Positions 63,845 through 64,000 of a stretch of 64,000 nucleotides of DNA are shown piece by piece. The stretch is from the NCBI GenBank assembly GCA_031286165.1, contig JAITUU010000005.1, forward strand, positions 20,669 to 84,668. Direction: 5' to 3'. The position numbers and the translations under genes are program-made. The notes under the pieces were generated by a model that was not told where the DNA came from, did no database searches, and worked only from the letters and a program-made list of their open reading frames with translations. The first letter of the stretch is position 1. Every line of letters starts with the position of its first letter. This DNA is from Bacteroidales bacterium (GTDB lineage Bacteria; Bacteroidota; Bacteroidia; Bacteroidales; UBA1715).

Positions 63845-64000
63845 CGTTTATCCTCCAATCCATAAAAACTTCGTAAGGTATTTTCGTCCACAAAAATCCC
63901 TTGTTTCATAAACGCTTTTTTATCTATTTTAGCATAAATAACATCAAGCATTTTTACAACCTCTTTATTTTCCGCATTATGTATTTTGCTATGGCAATTA
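63841..64000 (-). CDS. 3' end of an unidentified gene translationally coupled to the methyltransferases (restriction-enzyme candidate)
   Basis: My translation of the minus strand is open from the window edge: NCHSKIHNAENKEVVKMLDVIYAKIDKKAFMKQGIFVDENTLRSFYGLEDKR*. The TGA overlaps the next ATG (ATGA). Confidence 0.5.
   Translation of the reverse strand, partial: NCHSKIHNAENKEVVKMLDVIYAKIDKKAFMKQGIFVDENTLRSFYGLEDKR

Noticed and set aside
1-64000. Search for tRNA, rRNA, transposase, integrase or prophage genes.
   Set aside because: No spacer longer than 100 nt showed a cloverleaf-like or rRNA-like sequence by eye, and no ORF carried DDE, tyrosine- or serine-recombinase motifs. The absence is by inspection only, with no tRNAscan or Infernal run.

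Overview
No homology search was run, so all calls rest on reading the sequence, motif recognition and the ORF track. The window reads as a chromosomal segment of a Bacteroidota bacterium. Support: a TAnnTTTG -7 promoter box sits in front of most genes, and lineage-typical genes are present (PorP/SprF T9SS protein, GSCFA, DUF1343/NamZ, OmpA-TPR-PD40 proteins). I support about 58 protein genes. Most are housekeeping: cysE-tusA-dsrE, class I fumarase, relA, trpS, thrH, RNase H1, beta-carbonic anhydrase, lepB, dapB, cyclophilin and nrdDG. There is also an envelope/polysaccharide block: deacetylase, GT2, nucleotide-sugar dehydrogenase, WbaP-type transferase and outer-membrane barrels. I saw no rRNA, tRNA, CRISPR array, transposase or integrase. 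Accessory content is two visibly AT-rich restriction-modification modules (55.7-57.9 kb and 61.9-64.0 kb) flanking ybaK-JAMM-nrdGD. The most interesting observations are: (1) a ThiS-like carrier ending GGGAL with a MoeB/ThiF E1, whose JAMM peptidase is displaced by an inserted R-M cassette; (2) an identical operator-promoter layout (AAAATACC-N8-GGTATT-N21-TAnnTTTG) in front of both sulfur operons; (3) an orphan nucleotidyl-cyclase-like gene abutting relA; (4) a three-gene operon of large uncharacterised envelope proteins; (5) a T12 tract that switches a lipoprotein gene between start codons; (6) a cobalamin riboswitch ahead of nrdDG; (7) pervasive heptamer/octamer tandem repeats, REP-like palindromes and a duplicated promoter-leader module in intergenic DNA.
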